Assembly (NCBI GenBank): GCA_964016885.1
Contig: OZ024754.1
Location: 42,408,001 to 42,472,000, forward strand
Source of the DNA: Eledone cirrhosa
Lineage: Eukaryota
Direction of reading: 5' to 3'
DNA length: 64,000 nt
Shown: piece by piece, positions 1 to 64,000 of the stretch
Position numbering within the stretch: the first letter of the stretch is position 1
How the letters are laid out: each line of letters begins with the position of its first letter
The notes under the pieces: generated by a model
The model's input: the letters and a program-made list of their open reading frames with translations, nothing else
What the model was told of the DNA's origin: nothing
The model's database searches: none
Translations under genes and position numbers: made by a program

Positions 1-192
1 TAAAATAAGACTTAACACAAATTGTTTTATAAAACCAATTTATTATATCAATTATGTAAATTTTCAGAAGTAATGAAGCCAAACTATAACTTTTCCATAA
101 AGTCGGAAGACAAAAAAAAATTGGTTCAATAATTTTCATGTGAAAATAACTCTTCTGCCATCTTCTGATGTCACTTTCCTTTCTCTATTCAG

Positions 193-262
193 TGTGTCAA
201 CTACAGCAGCAACTTCCAAACCGAACAATACAGTGGCCTATGATTACAAGAGAACTTACTAG
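193..262 (+). CDS. Possible terminal exon of an unidentified convergent gene: VSTTAATSKPNNTVAYDYKRTY*
   Basis: Strong acceptor cactttcctttctctattcag at 191-192; the phase-2 frame ends in TAG at 260-262 and is followed by relatively repeat-poor UTR-like DNA. No homology recognised. Confidence 0.3.
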
Positions 263-315
263 GATTTGTACTCTTAACCTCATCTTTCAATGCTTTCATT
301 CTATTTCATTATTTA

Positions 316-468
316 GCTGGGGTGGGGCAGCTTTCATACTATATCAGTTCTATTTCCATTATGTAGCTAGGGTGGGGCAGCTTTCATACTATATCAGTTC
401 TATTTCCATTATGTAGCTAGGGTGGGGCAGCTTTCATACTATATCAGTTCTATTTCTATTAAGTAGCT
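316..468. repeat. 50-bp tandem repeat, 3 copies
   Basis: agctagggtggggcagctttcatactatatcagttctatttccattatgt. Confidence 0.9.
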
Positions 469-3400
469 GGAGGTTGGCTCTATTAAGTTGTAAATGGGTG
501 AACATTGAAAGAAAATTCTGCCTGCAATTTTAGTGTATTTTTAAGAAACTACATTCATTAGCTCTTTATTGTGTATGAAGACCCTTTAAAATGTTTAAAA
601 AAAAAGAAAAAGAAAAAAAAAAAAAAAAAAAGGACAGCAAATTAGAGTAACTAGTGTTGGATTAAATACCTGGTTATTTGTTCGAGCTTTCAGTTCTGAG
701 CCAGACTGCACCTAGGTAAACTTTACCTTTGATGATGGTTGATTAGTGGAATTGAGTTGTTTTACCTGTGTATTCTACTGGGAGTTTACAAATGACATGA
801 TATCAACAAAGATCTCTGGAAACATTGCCTTTTAATAGCTAGTTTGTTTTATTTTTTAAAAATTGATAATGGAATTGCGGCACTGAGATTCTCCTAATGA
901 AATAATAACTCGATATCAGGATTATTTATCTCACCTCTTTATGTATTCTCTTAATATGTAGAATGATTTCTTTAGAAAGTTAGCTACCCTGCTGCAATTC
1001 CTTGGGTCAACCATCTTTAGAGGATCTAAGCTAGTTACCCTGCTACAATTTCTTGGGTCCATCTTTAGAGGGTCTAAGCTAGTTACCCTGTTGCATCATG
1101 CTCCTACCTAACCTGCTGATGACAGTCTTGCTGTATATTTGACATTTCTAACATTTTTACCAAAATCTAACCTGAAACACATCCATTAAAGAAATACTTT
1201 TGAAGTTATACAGAATCTAATGTATTTATTTTTTTATCTTTCCAATTCCTGAATTTCAGTTCAGCTAAAAAATAGAAACTAAATTTAAACTGATAGAGAT
1301 TTTAAAATCATCTTTCAATTCGATATTTTCTTTTCATGAACTGCTGCTGCTTTTAAGAGTTTAGGTGAATAAAACTTCAACTTTGGTCATTACAAAAATA
1401 TGTATTTCGGCAGATTGGAGGAGGGCCAAAACAATGTCTTATGACCAATGTGGCTGCAATTCTTGTATTTTCTAAATCAAATTAATGACCATTTGTAGTC
1501 TGGTGGCGAGAATTGAGGTGCTGTACCATTCTAATTTAATATTCAGGCAGTTTTGTGGTAGAGCCTGCAGATAAGAGAGAGAAATTTATCAATATTTATT
1601 GACCAGTCATTTAAAATTGCAGATTATATTATAACTGTTGCTGATGATGATTGATATAAGAATTGAAATGATGTTCCATTTGATGAGACATTAGTAGGGG
1701 CTAAGGGAAGTATCTTAGGTTTCTTTGGCTCCTAGTAAACAAGCATTGGATCTGGTTCTACCAAACAAAACTACCCGTATAAGGAGGATGTTAGTTTCTT
1801 AGTGTGACGAAATTAGTAATGAATTACTATTTAAATTATTTAATAAAATTTATTACATTAGAAATATGGTTCCCAAAGGATGATTAAATCCTAATAAAAG
1901 TTGGTTTCAAGATATATCAGACATTGAAGTTTTGATAGATGTTTGAATTACTTCATCTTTGTTTACAGGTAATTTATAAAAGCTGTGCCTTAAGAACTAA
2001 GTATAGCTCTACATAGGTGCTGATTTAAGAATGTAGTGTTTCGGGGGTATTTTTGAAATCTGATAGAACCCAGGCAATTTCTTCCAGAGAGAATGATAGG
2101 GAGGAAGAACCAACACTTGTAGAAGGCTAATATGTTTTATCTACCTCATAATAATGTTGGAAGTTGGGGCACAGCCAGAATAAATACCCCAAAACATTTT
2201 AATGACTGCCAATTATTATTTAAATATATTTATTACATATGATTTAGCATCCACTTTCTCTACAAGCAAGGGTCTTCCCTATCACCAACTATTTTACAGC
2301 ATGTACTGAGTGTATTTATTAGTTAGCACAATATGTATATATATATATGCAGTGTGTGGCAAGCATGCATATTCTAGCCATTAGTAAAAGTAAAATGAAT
2401 TCTTCACCTTCGAAAGAGGATATATAGCCATAATGAATCTGGCTAAAGATATACAAAACAAATCACCCATCACTTTTTTGCTTAATGCACAAGGCGTCAC
2501 CTTCCACACTGTGTGTGTGCAGGAAAAGTGAGGACCCTGGTGGCCGAGCTCTGGCCTGCCGACATGTAAAGTGTATATACATTATAGATATATGTGTGTG
2601 TAAATCATGGAGATCTCTACAAACCACGAGCATCAAATAAATACTCGTGAAAATATAAACTAATTATTGTTAGGAACCTTTATATATAACACAATGTCTG
2701 TTTTGACTTTAATTTCGTCAATGGGTCCCACGAGTTAGTATAATTTTTACTATTAATAATACTTTCAGTAATCATCTAATATTTGTCTGTCACACGCTAG
2801 AGATGACTAAGGAAGGAACCAACATCTTTATAGTAGGTATAGATATTACAATTAGCTTTGTTTAAACATGGTAAAAAAGAAAACGACTGCATTATCTGGT
2901 TTACTAGAAATAAGTCAGGTTGGTATCTATAAACCTTTCTGGATATTAAACCCTTACCCCATTGCTGTACTTTTGACAGTTTTCATTTTTTGTGTGATGC
3001 CGGAAGGAACCAACCAACATCTCATACGTATACGCTGGTAAGTATTTAGTAAAGTTTGGATTAGAACAAACATTTCTCATAGAACCAGAGGCAGTTTTCT
3101 ATCAAAAGGGTTAGTAGTTTTGGCACAAGGGGGGGGGGGGGTGTCAATTAAATCAACCCTGTAAGGATGAAAGGCAAAGCTAACATTGGCAGGATTTGGA
3201 CTCAGAATGTAAAGGGCCATAACTATGCTCTACTGGTTCTACAATCCACTGCCATCAAGAGTTAATAGTAACTAAGCAATCTTTCTTAAAAACTGGCAGT
3301 CACAAGTTCAGTACCAATACAGACCATTAAGAGGGAGATAATGTGTCATTTGAAAAGTATTTATTTCATTTCAGAGTTTTTTGTACAAATTATCAGATGT

Positions 3401-3885
3401 GTGCAAGATAAAATTTAAGTTAATTTTGCAAAGAGATCAATGTTTGTAACAAAACCAATTAAGAAATTGTTTTAATTAGACTGATAACAATTAGAATTTC
3501 ATTTCTTTAAAAAAAAAAAAAAACAATTAATACTGCCAATAACTTGAAAGCCTTATTATATAGCAATTTATCAGGGTCTTTATTTTGTAGATAATGAAAA
3601 TGATTTTTACACATGTAAAATAATTGTTATTGCATGAGTTCTTTTCTGTCTGGTACCGGATGAAAGTAAATTGTTAAAGGATGTGGGGAATATCACAAAG
3701 CAAGCTTTACTATGAAGCAACAGAAGAAAATATAAACCAAACAAACTTGGTGTGTTACACACTAAATGGAAAAATGTATTAAATATTTTTCCCCTGCCAA
3801 AGAAGGGAAATCACAGACAATTTTAAAATAGGAAATAATTTTGAAGATGCAGCTATTAAAAATGGCATGAAGTGGTGGAAGTGAA

Positions 3886-4190
3886 GGTGTGTGGCTTTGT
3901 GGTTAAGGCATTCGGCTTGCAACCGTAAGGTCATGAGTTCATTTACCAGCAGGGTGTTGTGATCTTGAGCAAGACACTTTATTTCATGTTGCTTGCTCCA
4001 GTACAACTCATCTGGCAAAAATGAGTTGTACCTGTAATTCGAAGGGCCTGCCTTGTCACCGAATCTCCCTGAGAACTATGTTATGGGTAAGCGTGTCTAG
4101 AATGCTCAGCCACTTGCATGTTAATTTTATGAGCAGGCTGTCCCGTTGATCAGACCAATTAGAAAACTTGTCGGAACCGACGGAGTGCCA
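3886..4190 (+). mobile_element. tRNA-derived SINE, near full length
   Basis: A-box-like tggctttgtggttaagg, B-box-like gagttca, core cttgagcaagacactttatttca. Related copies lie at about 14005-14100, 48250-48470, 52580-52840, 58770-59020 and 59805-60370. Confidence 0.75.
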
Positions 4191-4534
4191 TTTTTTAAAT
4201 TTATTTATGTAAATAGAGCTAAGTTAATAGCACATTATAATATGTTACATGAACCCAAGATTTGGAGGGAAGAAGAAATGTGGTGTTGTGATGTTCATGT
4301 ATTTCTTTACCAATGCCAGTGAAAAGAATTTATGACTGGATCTTGGAATTGGTTTATTGTGGACATTGAAATAAGGATTTCTTAGATAGGAAGGCCCAAT
4401 ATTTGAACCTAGAATTTATTTTACTAGTTTAATTAGCGATTCCAGGTAGGATTTCAACCAAAACAAAATACTGCAACATTTAATTCATAATCCACTGCCT
4501 TAGCCATTCCCCCCTTATAATAATAATTTTGAAA

Positions 4535-5115
4535 CAAGGCCAGCAATTACCCCAGTGCGTTACTGGTACTTTATTTTATCAACCTCTTAAGGATGAAAGG
4601 CAAAGTTAACCTCGGTGGGATTTGAACACAATATGCTGCAACGCATGGTGTCTGACGCTCTACTGATACTGTCAACTCCAGAAGGAAGGAAGGCAAACTT
4701 GAACTCAGAATGAAACAAATATTACGAAGCATTTAACTAACAATTCTGTCAACCACCTAATAATAATTGTTTCAACTTTAGGTACACGGCCAACAATTTT
4801 TGGGGAGGGAAAATTTGATTAAATTAACCCCATGCATTACTGGTACTTTATTTTATCAACCTGATAAAAATGAAAGGCAAAATTAATTTTGGCTGGATTT
4901 TAAATCAATTTAATAATAATGATTTCTAGTTTAGGCACAAGGCCAGTAATTTGGAGGGAGGAGAAAGTCGATTAAATCGACCCCAGTGTATTACTGGTGC
5001 TTTATTTTATCGACCCTGTAAGGGTGAAAGGCAAAGTTAAACTCAGACTATAAAGGGCCGCAACTCTGCTGCAAAGCATGGCTTCTGACCCTCTACCGAT
5101 ACTGCCAATCCACCA
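4535..5115 (-). mobile_element. Cluster of 3-4 copies of a second SINE family (ctttgcctttcatcc...ggtcgataaaataaagtaccag core, AAT-rich tails)
   Basis: Repeated tactggtactttattttatcgaccc..aaggatgaaaggcaaag. Further copies at about 3120-3255, 17205-17390, 17605-17820, 23900-24045, 25065-25200, 37400-37615, 39245-39375, 50100-50230, 50615-50810, 61300-61480 and 63410-63575. Confidence 0.8.
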
Positions 5116-7214
5116 ATAATAATCATTATTATTCAACATGAATCTTCAGAAAAACTTTAGAAAAAATTATGAAAGTTTAAGCTAGAAAAATTTAACCCTT
5201 CCCGCTCTCCAAAAAAACAACATCTTTATTACAATAGAGGGGGATGTGATAACGTAGTTTATAAAGTCTACAACAGTCAATATTATGTTAACAGATTTAA
5301 GATGTTACCTGTCTTGGTAAACAATAGGAAGCAGAGAAGAAAAAGATTTAAGAGTTGGTAAGGCAGACAATGGCAGCAGTGATATTTGGCAAATGGAATG
5401 GGTGAGAATTAAAAGCCTACACACTGAAGATCTAAAAGAATCCGACCAACATTGGACCAAGGAAACAATATTTGGTCTGTCCATTGGTGATATTATCTGC
5501 CAGTCACAACTCCAATGTAAAAAGCCATAAACACAACTTTTCATATTTACAGAAGAAGGAATGTAGAGAAATTAAATTATTAATTAATAGAACATATTGA
5601 GGAGAGAGACAATATAACAATGTTACCAGCATTTAGTTCCATCCTCTACAATCTCTGCGACTTCATTTGCAGAAGAATTATTTAGGAATAAAAATTACAC
5701 TAACACAATACCATCTTTATTTTATTTCATTTTATTTGATTTTATTTTACTTTACTTGATTTTACTTTATGTAAATTTCTAAGAGATTTATATTTAACAA
5801 CTCCAGTTCTCCTAGTTGGTATTTATTTTATTGGCCTTGAAAAGTTTGGCACAGGGACATAAATTGGTAGCAAGGGTGTATATATATAAAACCTAGTACT
5901 TCATTTATTTCAAGGGTGTGTATATATATTTCATTAAGTCAACACACTATACTATATACAGGGTGTATATATTTGATTAAATTCACTATACTATACACAG
6001 GGTGTATATATTACTATATACCCTGGAGGAAAGGTAAAGTAAGTCCTAATAGGACTTGAATTGAAAATGTAAAGTTTCACATCAACACAGCAAGGCATTA
6101 TGGCCAACACACCTGTTTCTGCCCCTACAAAGCCCTTCTGGCAACAGATTTATTTTGATTAGGCACAGGACCCCAAGTTTTGTAGGGAACAGGAAAAGAG
6201 TGAATTGAATAAACTCAGTGTATTACTGGTATTGGTTTTAAGAGTCACAGATGGATGAAAGGGGGGGGGGGGAGGTTCACATTTCCTGCAGATTTGGAGA
6301 AAAAAAAGAACAAATCAAACAAATAAATAAAATAAATATAGAATTACATTTTTGTCTTTTTTTTCTCCTGTTATTTTTTCTTTATTTCACTCATTTCCTC
6401 TCCCTGTCATCACCTATCTGTTTCTCTACCTCTCTAACCACCTCGTAGCCATCACCACCTCCCAGCCAACACCACCTCGCAACCATCACCACCTCCCAGC
6501 CATCACCTCCTCCCAGCCATCACCTCCTCCCAGCTGTCATCATTTGTCATCAGATCAGATAAAAAAAAAAAAAAATGGTCCAAACTAATCATAGAATACC
6601 TGACAAGTGTGGGGAGGGGGATATGCAAAGATATGACGTACCCTTACTTTTTAGATTTCACAAAAGGTGAATTTACATAGCATCTAACCCAGCCCCTCTT
6701 CATCTCAACAGCAGTCTCACAAACCTTAGCATACTACCAGTTCCTAAGCCCCTCAAATTGTCCATGACTGCTTGAAAGTACTCCAGTAAATTATAGATTT
6801 TTGTTGAAGTTATGCTGGACAATTTATTTGTATGTTTTACTGAGCAACAACAAAATCCAGATCTAAAGTAGTTGAGTTTTATCAAGTACGGAAGCCATCA
6901 ATATTACGAAACCGAACAATTTAGATGGCAAGAAAACATTGGTACTTCTCACCAATTATTATTAACTTTAAATATGTTTAAGACATTTTGGAATTATAAA
7001 AAGAAAAAGACAAAATTTAGAGCAGAAATTAAAGTAATAATTATATTAAAAATATTTGCAAAGAGTTAAAAAAAAAAAGCAAAAACAAAAGTAACTAATA
7101 ATTGAACATTAAATATAGAGTATAATGGTCCTGCATGTAAGTGGCTGAGTATTCCACAGTTATGTGTCTATTTAATAGAGTTAACAAGGAAATTCAGCCG
7201 GACACAGGTCCATT

Positions 7215-7372
7215 TGATGAGCTTCCAAATAGTTTCTGTTTACTCAATGTCATTCACAAGGCTTGGGTTGATCTGTTGCTATGGTAATTGATACTTGCTT
7301 CAGTTACCATGCTCTGGGATTGAACCCTGGACCTTATGATTGTAAAGCAAACTTTTTAACCATTTGGCCATG
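7215..7372 (-). mobile_element. tRNA-derived SINE, third family (cagtttctgtctacc...cacaaggcttgggttgacc...gggattgaacc)
   Basis: Reverse-strand A/B boxes; relatives at about 34855-35012, 44290-44440, 45548-47298, 57015-57180, 58065-58210 and 61815-61920. Confidence 0.7.
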
Positions 7373-8105
7373 TTGTCTATGAACATTAAATATAGAGTAT
7401 AAAAATAACACAAAATTGAAAACTAATTTAAACAAATGTTCAAAGAGAAAACCTAATGTTTGGTCTGGGTATTACATACAAATAATTAGATAGAAGTTAT
7501 AAATTCTATATATATATATATGTGTGTGTATACATTATACACACACACATATATATATATATGTCTGGGAGATCAGTAACTCTGCATCAGTGCTGACTTG
7601 GTCAATGTAGACCCATCCAACCTTAGCAGGGAAAGCAGATGTTAAAATGATGATAATGATGATGATATATATAATGTGTGGGTATTACTTACAAGGTATG
7701 AGTGTTATATATAATGTATTCAACCCCCCCTACCCCTCCACATACCAATTATTAGAATTAAGTTCCTAGTGAGGTTTTAGAGATAGAGAATTTCCAAAAT
7801 GTTAATAGAATTATGAACTAAAAAATGAAGGAATATTATCTCCAGAAAGAAACTGGAGAAGAAGAAACATTGATTTAAAGAAAAACAAAACAGTGTTAGT
7901 GATTGGAAATTATTTTTTAAAACGCAAACAATGCAAACAAAGCAAAAAAAAAAAAAATCAATGAAACTTCAACAAAAACAAAACAAAAAAAAAACATTCT
8001 TTAGGAAATAATTTTAAGTTTAGTAAGATGAGGTTATTTAAATCTGCAGATTAAATTAAGGTTTTGGAATGTAGAAATAGAAGCAAACTGCAGATGGTCA
8101 GCCAT

Positions 8106-8459
8106 AACAACCACATGTTAAATGGTGAGTCAGGACAACCACATGTTAAATGGTGGACCAGAACAACCACATGTTAAATGGTGGACCAGAACAACCACAT
8201 GTTAAATGGTGGACCAGAACAACCACATGTTAAATGGTGGACCAGAACAACCACATGTTAAATGGTGAGTCAGAATAACCACATGTTAAATGGTGAGTCA
8301 GAATAACCACATGTCAAATGGTGAGTCAGAATAACCACATGTCAAATGGTGAGTCAGAATAACCACATGTCAAATGGTGAGTCAGAATAACCACATGTTA
8401 AATGGTGAGTCAGAATAACCACATGTTAAATGGTGAGTCAGAATAACCACATGTTAAAT
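8106..8459. repeat. 28-bp minisatellite, about 13 copies, in the proximal 3' UTR of CCDC88
   Basis: aacaaccacatgttaaatggtggaccag and aataaccacatgttaaatggtgagtcag variants. Confidence 0.93.
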
Positions 8460-8504
8460 ATTGAAAATATGAGAGCAGCAAGAGAGGAAGGAGGTGAGAC
8501 TGTT

Positions 8505-59135
<50,631 letters not shown>

Positions 59136-59844
59136 CTACAAAAACAAACAAAAGTTATATTCAATAGATATTCCACCATCTTGGAAAGAAGGAAAGGAGG
59201 AAGGAAGAGGAAGAAAGAAAGGAAGGAATAGACTTCTCTGTTGGTTCCAACAATCATGAAATTAATGTATAAGTGACAAGGACATTCAGTTGTAGAAACC
59301 AAGTCAAAATCAGTTCTATATGAGCAAGACGTGGTCATCTGACCTGGCTTATCTCATTACAGGACAACTCGTCTAAAACATGCTAGCATGGAAAAATGGA
59401 TGTTAAATGGTAATGATGATATACATACACACCATTGTTTCTGCTTGCTTATCTGTTTGCTTTATCAGCTTTTAATTGTAATGTAATGCTTTGTAAATCT
59501 TTTTCTCACCTCTGCGGAAATTAAGGAAATGCTAAAAATGTGACCTTGTATAAGAAACTATCATCATTATCATTATCACCGTTGTTGCTGCTGTCTGACA
59601 TTTCCCATTAGTATACGTTGAATATTTCTATATATTCAGACATTTACATAAAATGTGGGAGCAACAAATAACTGTAAATGCTAATGTCTATTATGAAAGT
59701 AAAGGTGTTATATATTTTCTATGAAGATTTATAGCTGTTATGACATCTCGACTATACACAAACACTGTAATAAATTCAATCATGGTTCAGTGGTTACAGT
59801 AGTGGTTCAAGTCATGATCATAAGGTTGGGGGTATCATTTATAG

Positions 59845-60124
59845 TAGTCATGGGCAACATGCGGCCCCCTAAACTTTCTGAATGGTTCGCCTAAGTCACC
59901 TAAGTGAAATCTTTCTGATTTTTTAACCCCAACTTTTCAGTCGTAATTTATCTTTATCATTTTTACGATCAAGGAAAACAACATGTACAAATTCTGAAGA
60001 AACAAATCAAAACAACCGCCGGTTTTTTTAATGTGGGCTCAAATGTAAATTAGCGCTTGCGGCCCGCCTGAATATGAGCCATATCTCATGCGGCCCACTT
60101 CTCGAAAAAGGTTGCCCATGTCTG
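59845..60124. mobile_element. hAT-type MITE nested in a SINE
   Basis: TIR tagtcatgggcaac / gttgcccatgtctg; subterminal gcggccc repeats; 8-bp TSD atttatag / attaatag. Confidence 0.78.
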
Positions 60125-62993
60125 ATTAATAGTTTATAGCAGTGCGTTGTTTATTTCACATTCCACCAGCCCTCTCACTGGAAAACAATAAGTCGTGCCT
60201 GTAAATTCAAAGGGCCAGGCTGTGACACACACCCTGTGTCATACTGAATCTCCCTGAGAACTACATTAAGACTATATGTGACTGTGGAATATTCAGCCAC
60301 TTGCATGTTCATTTCACAATCAAACTGTACCATTGGTCAAACATTTAGAACACACTCTATCGGAACCAACAGAGGTCCTCCAACATACACACACAATAAA
60401 TACAATATCAGTATGAAGGATTTGATTAAGAAAGAGTTTATACAAGAAACCTTTGTTTACACAAACTGTCAAGATTTCTAAAATTGCTAATAGACCTGAG
60501 ATAAGGTCACTTTAAATAATCAAGGGGATTAATAATTCCTGGGGCAAGTTCAAACATGCATCCAGTCATCTGAGGATCTTAGGACATAGGTGATGTTTTA
60601 ACTTCCAGTTTATAAATAAATATCTATGTTGACCCATTGTAATATAAAGAAATATCTATGTCGACCCATAGTAGTGCAGCCTGTATGTATGTATATGTGA
60701 GTATGCATCATCATCATCATTTAACGTCCACTTTCCCTGTTAGCAAGGGTTGGACCATTTTATGCCTGAGAATTGGGCAAAAATCCAAATCCTGTTTATA
60801 AGCCAAGGCATCTAATCAACATATGTTTAGATGTGGTTTTGAAATTCTCATGAGTATAAAATATATTCAAGAAGTTTTAGTGTTTTGATATTTAAAATGT
60901 TTAAGTGTTGAGAATAAAGTAGTGTAGTGAATAAAAGACCGATAGTTTTCAAAAGCTGGTACAATGCAGTAGAAAAATACAAAGAGCAAATGGTGTTTGG
61001 AACATAACTTAATGAATTTAATGAAGGCTCTTTCATAAAATTATAATGGAAGGTATTTTAAATAAATATAAACACTTTAAAACAAACAGTTCTATTTGAG
61101 AATGAGGAGCAGTTTTAGGCAGTCTGGTAGCAAAAAATGTTTAAATCATTCCACTTATGTCAGTTTTGGTCATCATTTAATGTCCATCTTCCCTACTAGC
61201 AAGGGTTGGACAGGTCTTCAAAGACTAAGTCAATACTTAAGTGGAGACACTGACCAGGGACCTACATCTCGCATAAATTTCTTTGCTTTATAAAAATAAT
61301 GGTTTCTGATTTAGGCAGAGGCCAACAATTTTAGAGGGGAGGAGCAAGTTGATTAAATTGACTGTCAGGATGAAAGGAAAGCTACCCATGGCAGGATTTG
61401 AACTCAGAATGTAAAGAGATGGAACTATGCCATGAAGCATGGTGTCCAATGCTCTACCGACACTACCAATCCACCGCCTATGCTTTATAAAAATAAGAAA
61501 AGACTAAAATAGACTAAAAACCAGTGTAAAACAATATAAATTCTAAGTGGGTGGTGAGTTAACTTTATTTTCTTAGCTTCTTGATATGAATTTAGAAAGT
61601 TAACTTGACATGTTGATTCTTAACAACAAAAGATTAATTATACAAGAGAAATGTTTTCTTCTATGTCAACTATTTTTATGTTATCACCACAATACAATAA
61701 TTGTTGGATGAGATAAAAGATAATAAAGTATCTAATACGTTTCTTTTAAAAGATTTTAAGTTTTTGTTGTTTCCTTTTCATACAAAATCAGATGTTTTAA
61801 AACTAATGGGTACAGGTATGGCTACTTGGTCAAAAAAGGTCCTCTGGGAACCATGTATCTTTTAGGATTCAATTCCACTGCATGATACCTTGGGCAAATA
61901 GGTTCTACAATAGTCCCAGGGTTTCTCTCTCAGGGTGAAAGGGAAATTGTATGATGCCTGTGTGCAAACATGGGCCTTGAGCACAGGTTAAAAAGAGAAG
62001 ACAAACACAAAGAACATAAAATCTTAGTTCCACACATGTGGGAAAAGAGAAGAGAATGTCTCAATGTATCGGATGTTAGTCTTTCATCAAGAAAGAGTAA
62101 AGTTAGGGGAGAGAAAGGAAGTTGAAAGGTTGGAAAAGATATTAGAATAAGGTATGGCTTGACCTGCCTCAAAAAGTTTCATCCTAACCCATATCAACAT
62201 GGTGAAAGCAAATATATAAATGATGATGATGGTGATGATGAATTAAATCTCACTTGGCATTTGAAAACTTGCAAAAAGACTTTATAAGAAAATAGGAAAA
62301 AAAACCCTCCCATCAGCTGACAAAATTCTAAGATATGGGTGATATGAAACAAGACATATAGTTTTGATAATAACAGTTAAGTGAAAGATTATCTCATGTG
62401 ACGGCAGGCACCCTGATAGGAGCTATCACTGAGTATTTATTAATACTCTATAATAGTCTATTAAGTGAATGGTTAAGATAAGGAGGATAAGCAGGCAACC
62501 ATAAATGGCTGCTATCCAAGCAGACTCATTGGTCAATTTAGCAGTGATAGAGAATTTTGTAGTTGGTTAGATTTCAGCAGGAGTCTTGATAAGTTATAAG
62601 AAATTGTAATGAGATAATGGAAGATTGAAAAAATAAGAAAATGAAACAGTCTAGCTATTTAACAGATAGGAGAGGAGATATTTTCTTTTCTTTGAGAGAG
62701 AGAGTGTGTGTGTGTGTGTGTGGGGGGGGGGGTTATTTGAAATGTACTGTGTATGTGTGTGTATATATGTATATATATATAGATGTTAAATGATGATGAT
62801 ATATATATATATATACACACACAATTGGCAGTAGATAGACAGAGATAACGATAGAAAGAAATACCACCATCATTAATTATTATCATTATCATTATTTTTA
62901 TTATCATTTTCTAAGAAAAAATGTGATATCTTTCATACTAGTATTTAAAAAGAAATAAAAGATATATTTTAGTGGAAAATTATTTTCTTGGTA

Positions 62994-63402
62994 GTTATAA
63001 AATAGCAATGGTATAACTTTTATTATCCAATGGTTACACACTGGAAGAAGACAATCCAGTATTTATTGTTATAAAAGAGCAATGGTATAACTTTTGTTAT
63101 CCAATGGTTACACACTGGAAGAAGACAATCCAGTATTTATTGTTATAAAATAGCAATGGTATAACTTTTGTTATCCAATGGTTACACACTGGAAGAAGAC
63201 AATCCAGTATTTATTGTTATAAAATAGCAATGGTATAACTTTTGTTATCCAATGGTTACACACTGGAAGAAGACAATCCAGTATTTATTGTTATAAAAGA
63301 CCAATGGTATAACTTTTGTTATCCAATGGTTACACACTGGAAGAAGACAATCCAGTATTTATTGTTATAAAATAGCAATGGTATAACTTTTGATATCCAA
63401 TG
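62994..63402. repeat. 74-bp minisatellite, about 5.5 copies
   Basis: gttataaaatagcaatggtataacttttgttatccaatggttacacactggaagaagacaatccagtatttatt. Confidence 0.92.
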
Positions 63403-64000
63403 GAAATATTACTCTAACAATTCCACTAATCCACCACCATGGTTTGGTACTTTTATCAACTTCAAATGGATGAAAGGCAAAGTTGACTTTAGTGGGATTT
63501 GAACTGAGAACACAAAGAACGTGAACACACACTGCAAGATATTATCTGATGCTCTAGCAACTCTACCAGTTTCCATCTCTTAGTCAAATGGTACTAGCAA
63601 AATAATAGTTTCAGGGCACAAAAGTGAAATATGAGACAGATGTGAACCAACTGACAAAATAGAAATCAACTTTTAGGCTGCTGAAGCTGTTGACCTTTCA
63701 GGAAACAACATCCCACTTTAATATAAATAATTGCCATATTTATACTAAACACAGTTATTCATGCTTTCTCATGTTGATATTAACTGATTACATAAGTGAT
63801 CAGAACAGTTATTAGGAAGTAAAAAGTGTGCAGAAGCACTGAATGACAGCCATGACAATCTTGTTTTACCCCCATACAGACATTTTAAACAGATTTAAAC
63901 AACAGAGTGAATTTGGCAGAGCTGTTAGAATGTTGGATAGAATGCAATGTGATATTCCTTGCATCTCTCTTCACTCCTACCAAAGTAAACTCTGCCTTTC

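Noticed and set aside
59136-64000. Upstream CCDC88 exons or promoter
   Set aside because: No exon matching the expected preceding peptide or HOOK domain was found; the region reads as intron, so the 5' part lies outside the window.

Overview
AT-rich, repeat-dense animal genomic DNA. The tRNA-derived SINEs, (TA)n/(CA)n tracts and long introns suggest an octopus or other coleoid cephalopod; this is inference, not a database match. Almost the whole window is one minus-strand gene, the 3' part of a CCDC88 (Girdin/Daple) homolog. I spliced 18 GT-AG coding exons by hand from 59135 down to the stop at 8505. They total 5158 nt with all phases consistent and encode about 1718 aa; the N-terminal HOOK domain must lie beyond 64000. 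The protein has a long coiled coil, a near-perfect Galpha-binding-and-activating (GBA) motif (SPGSELLTLEQFLKESN) and a Daple-type C-terminal PDZ-binding motif (VWYEYGCL*). Introns hold SINEs, piggyBac-type and hAT-type MITEs, RTE LINE remnants, Penelope-like fragments and many minisatellites. Notable non-coding signals: (1) hammerhead-ribozyme cores in sense to the pre-mRNA; (2) a 31-copy 40-bp array built from an exon end plus its splice donor; (3) recurrent fold-backs made of retroposon tails, with three hairpins clustered beside the GBA exon; (4) repeated independent conversion of the same TE segments into minisatellites. Most listed ORFs are microsatellite artefacts, and no prokaryotic-type system is present.
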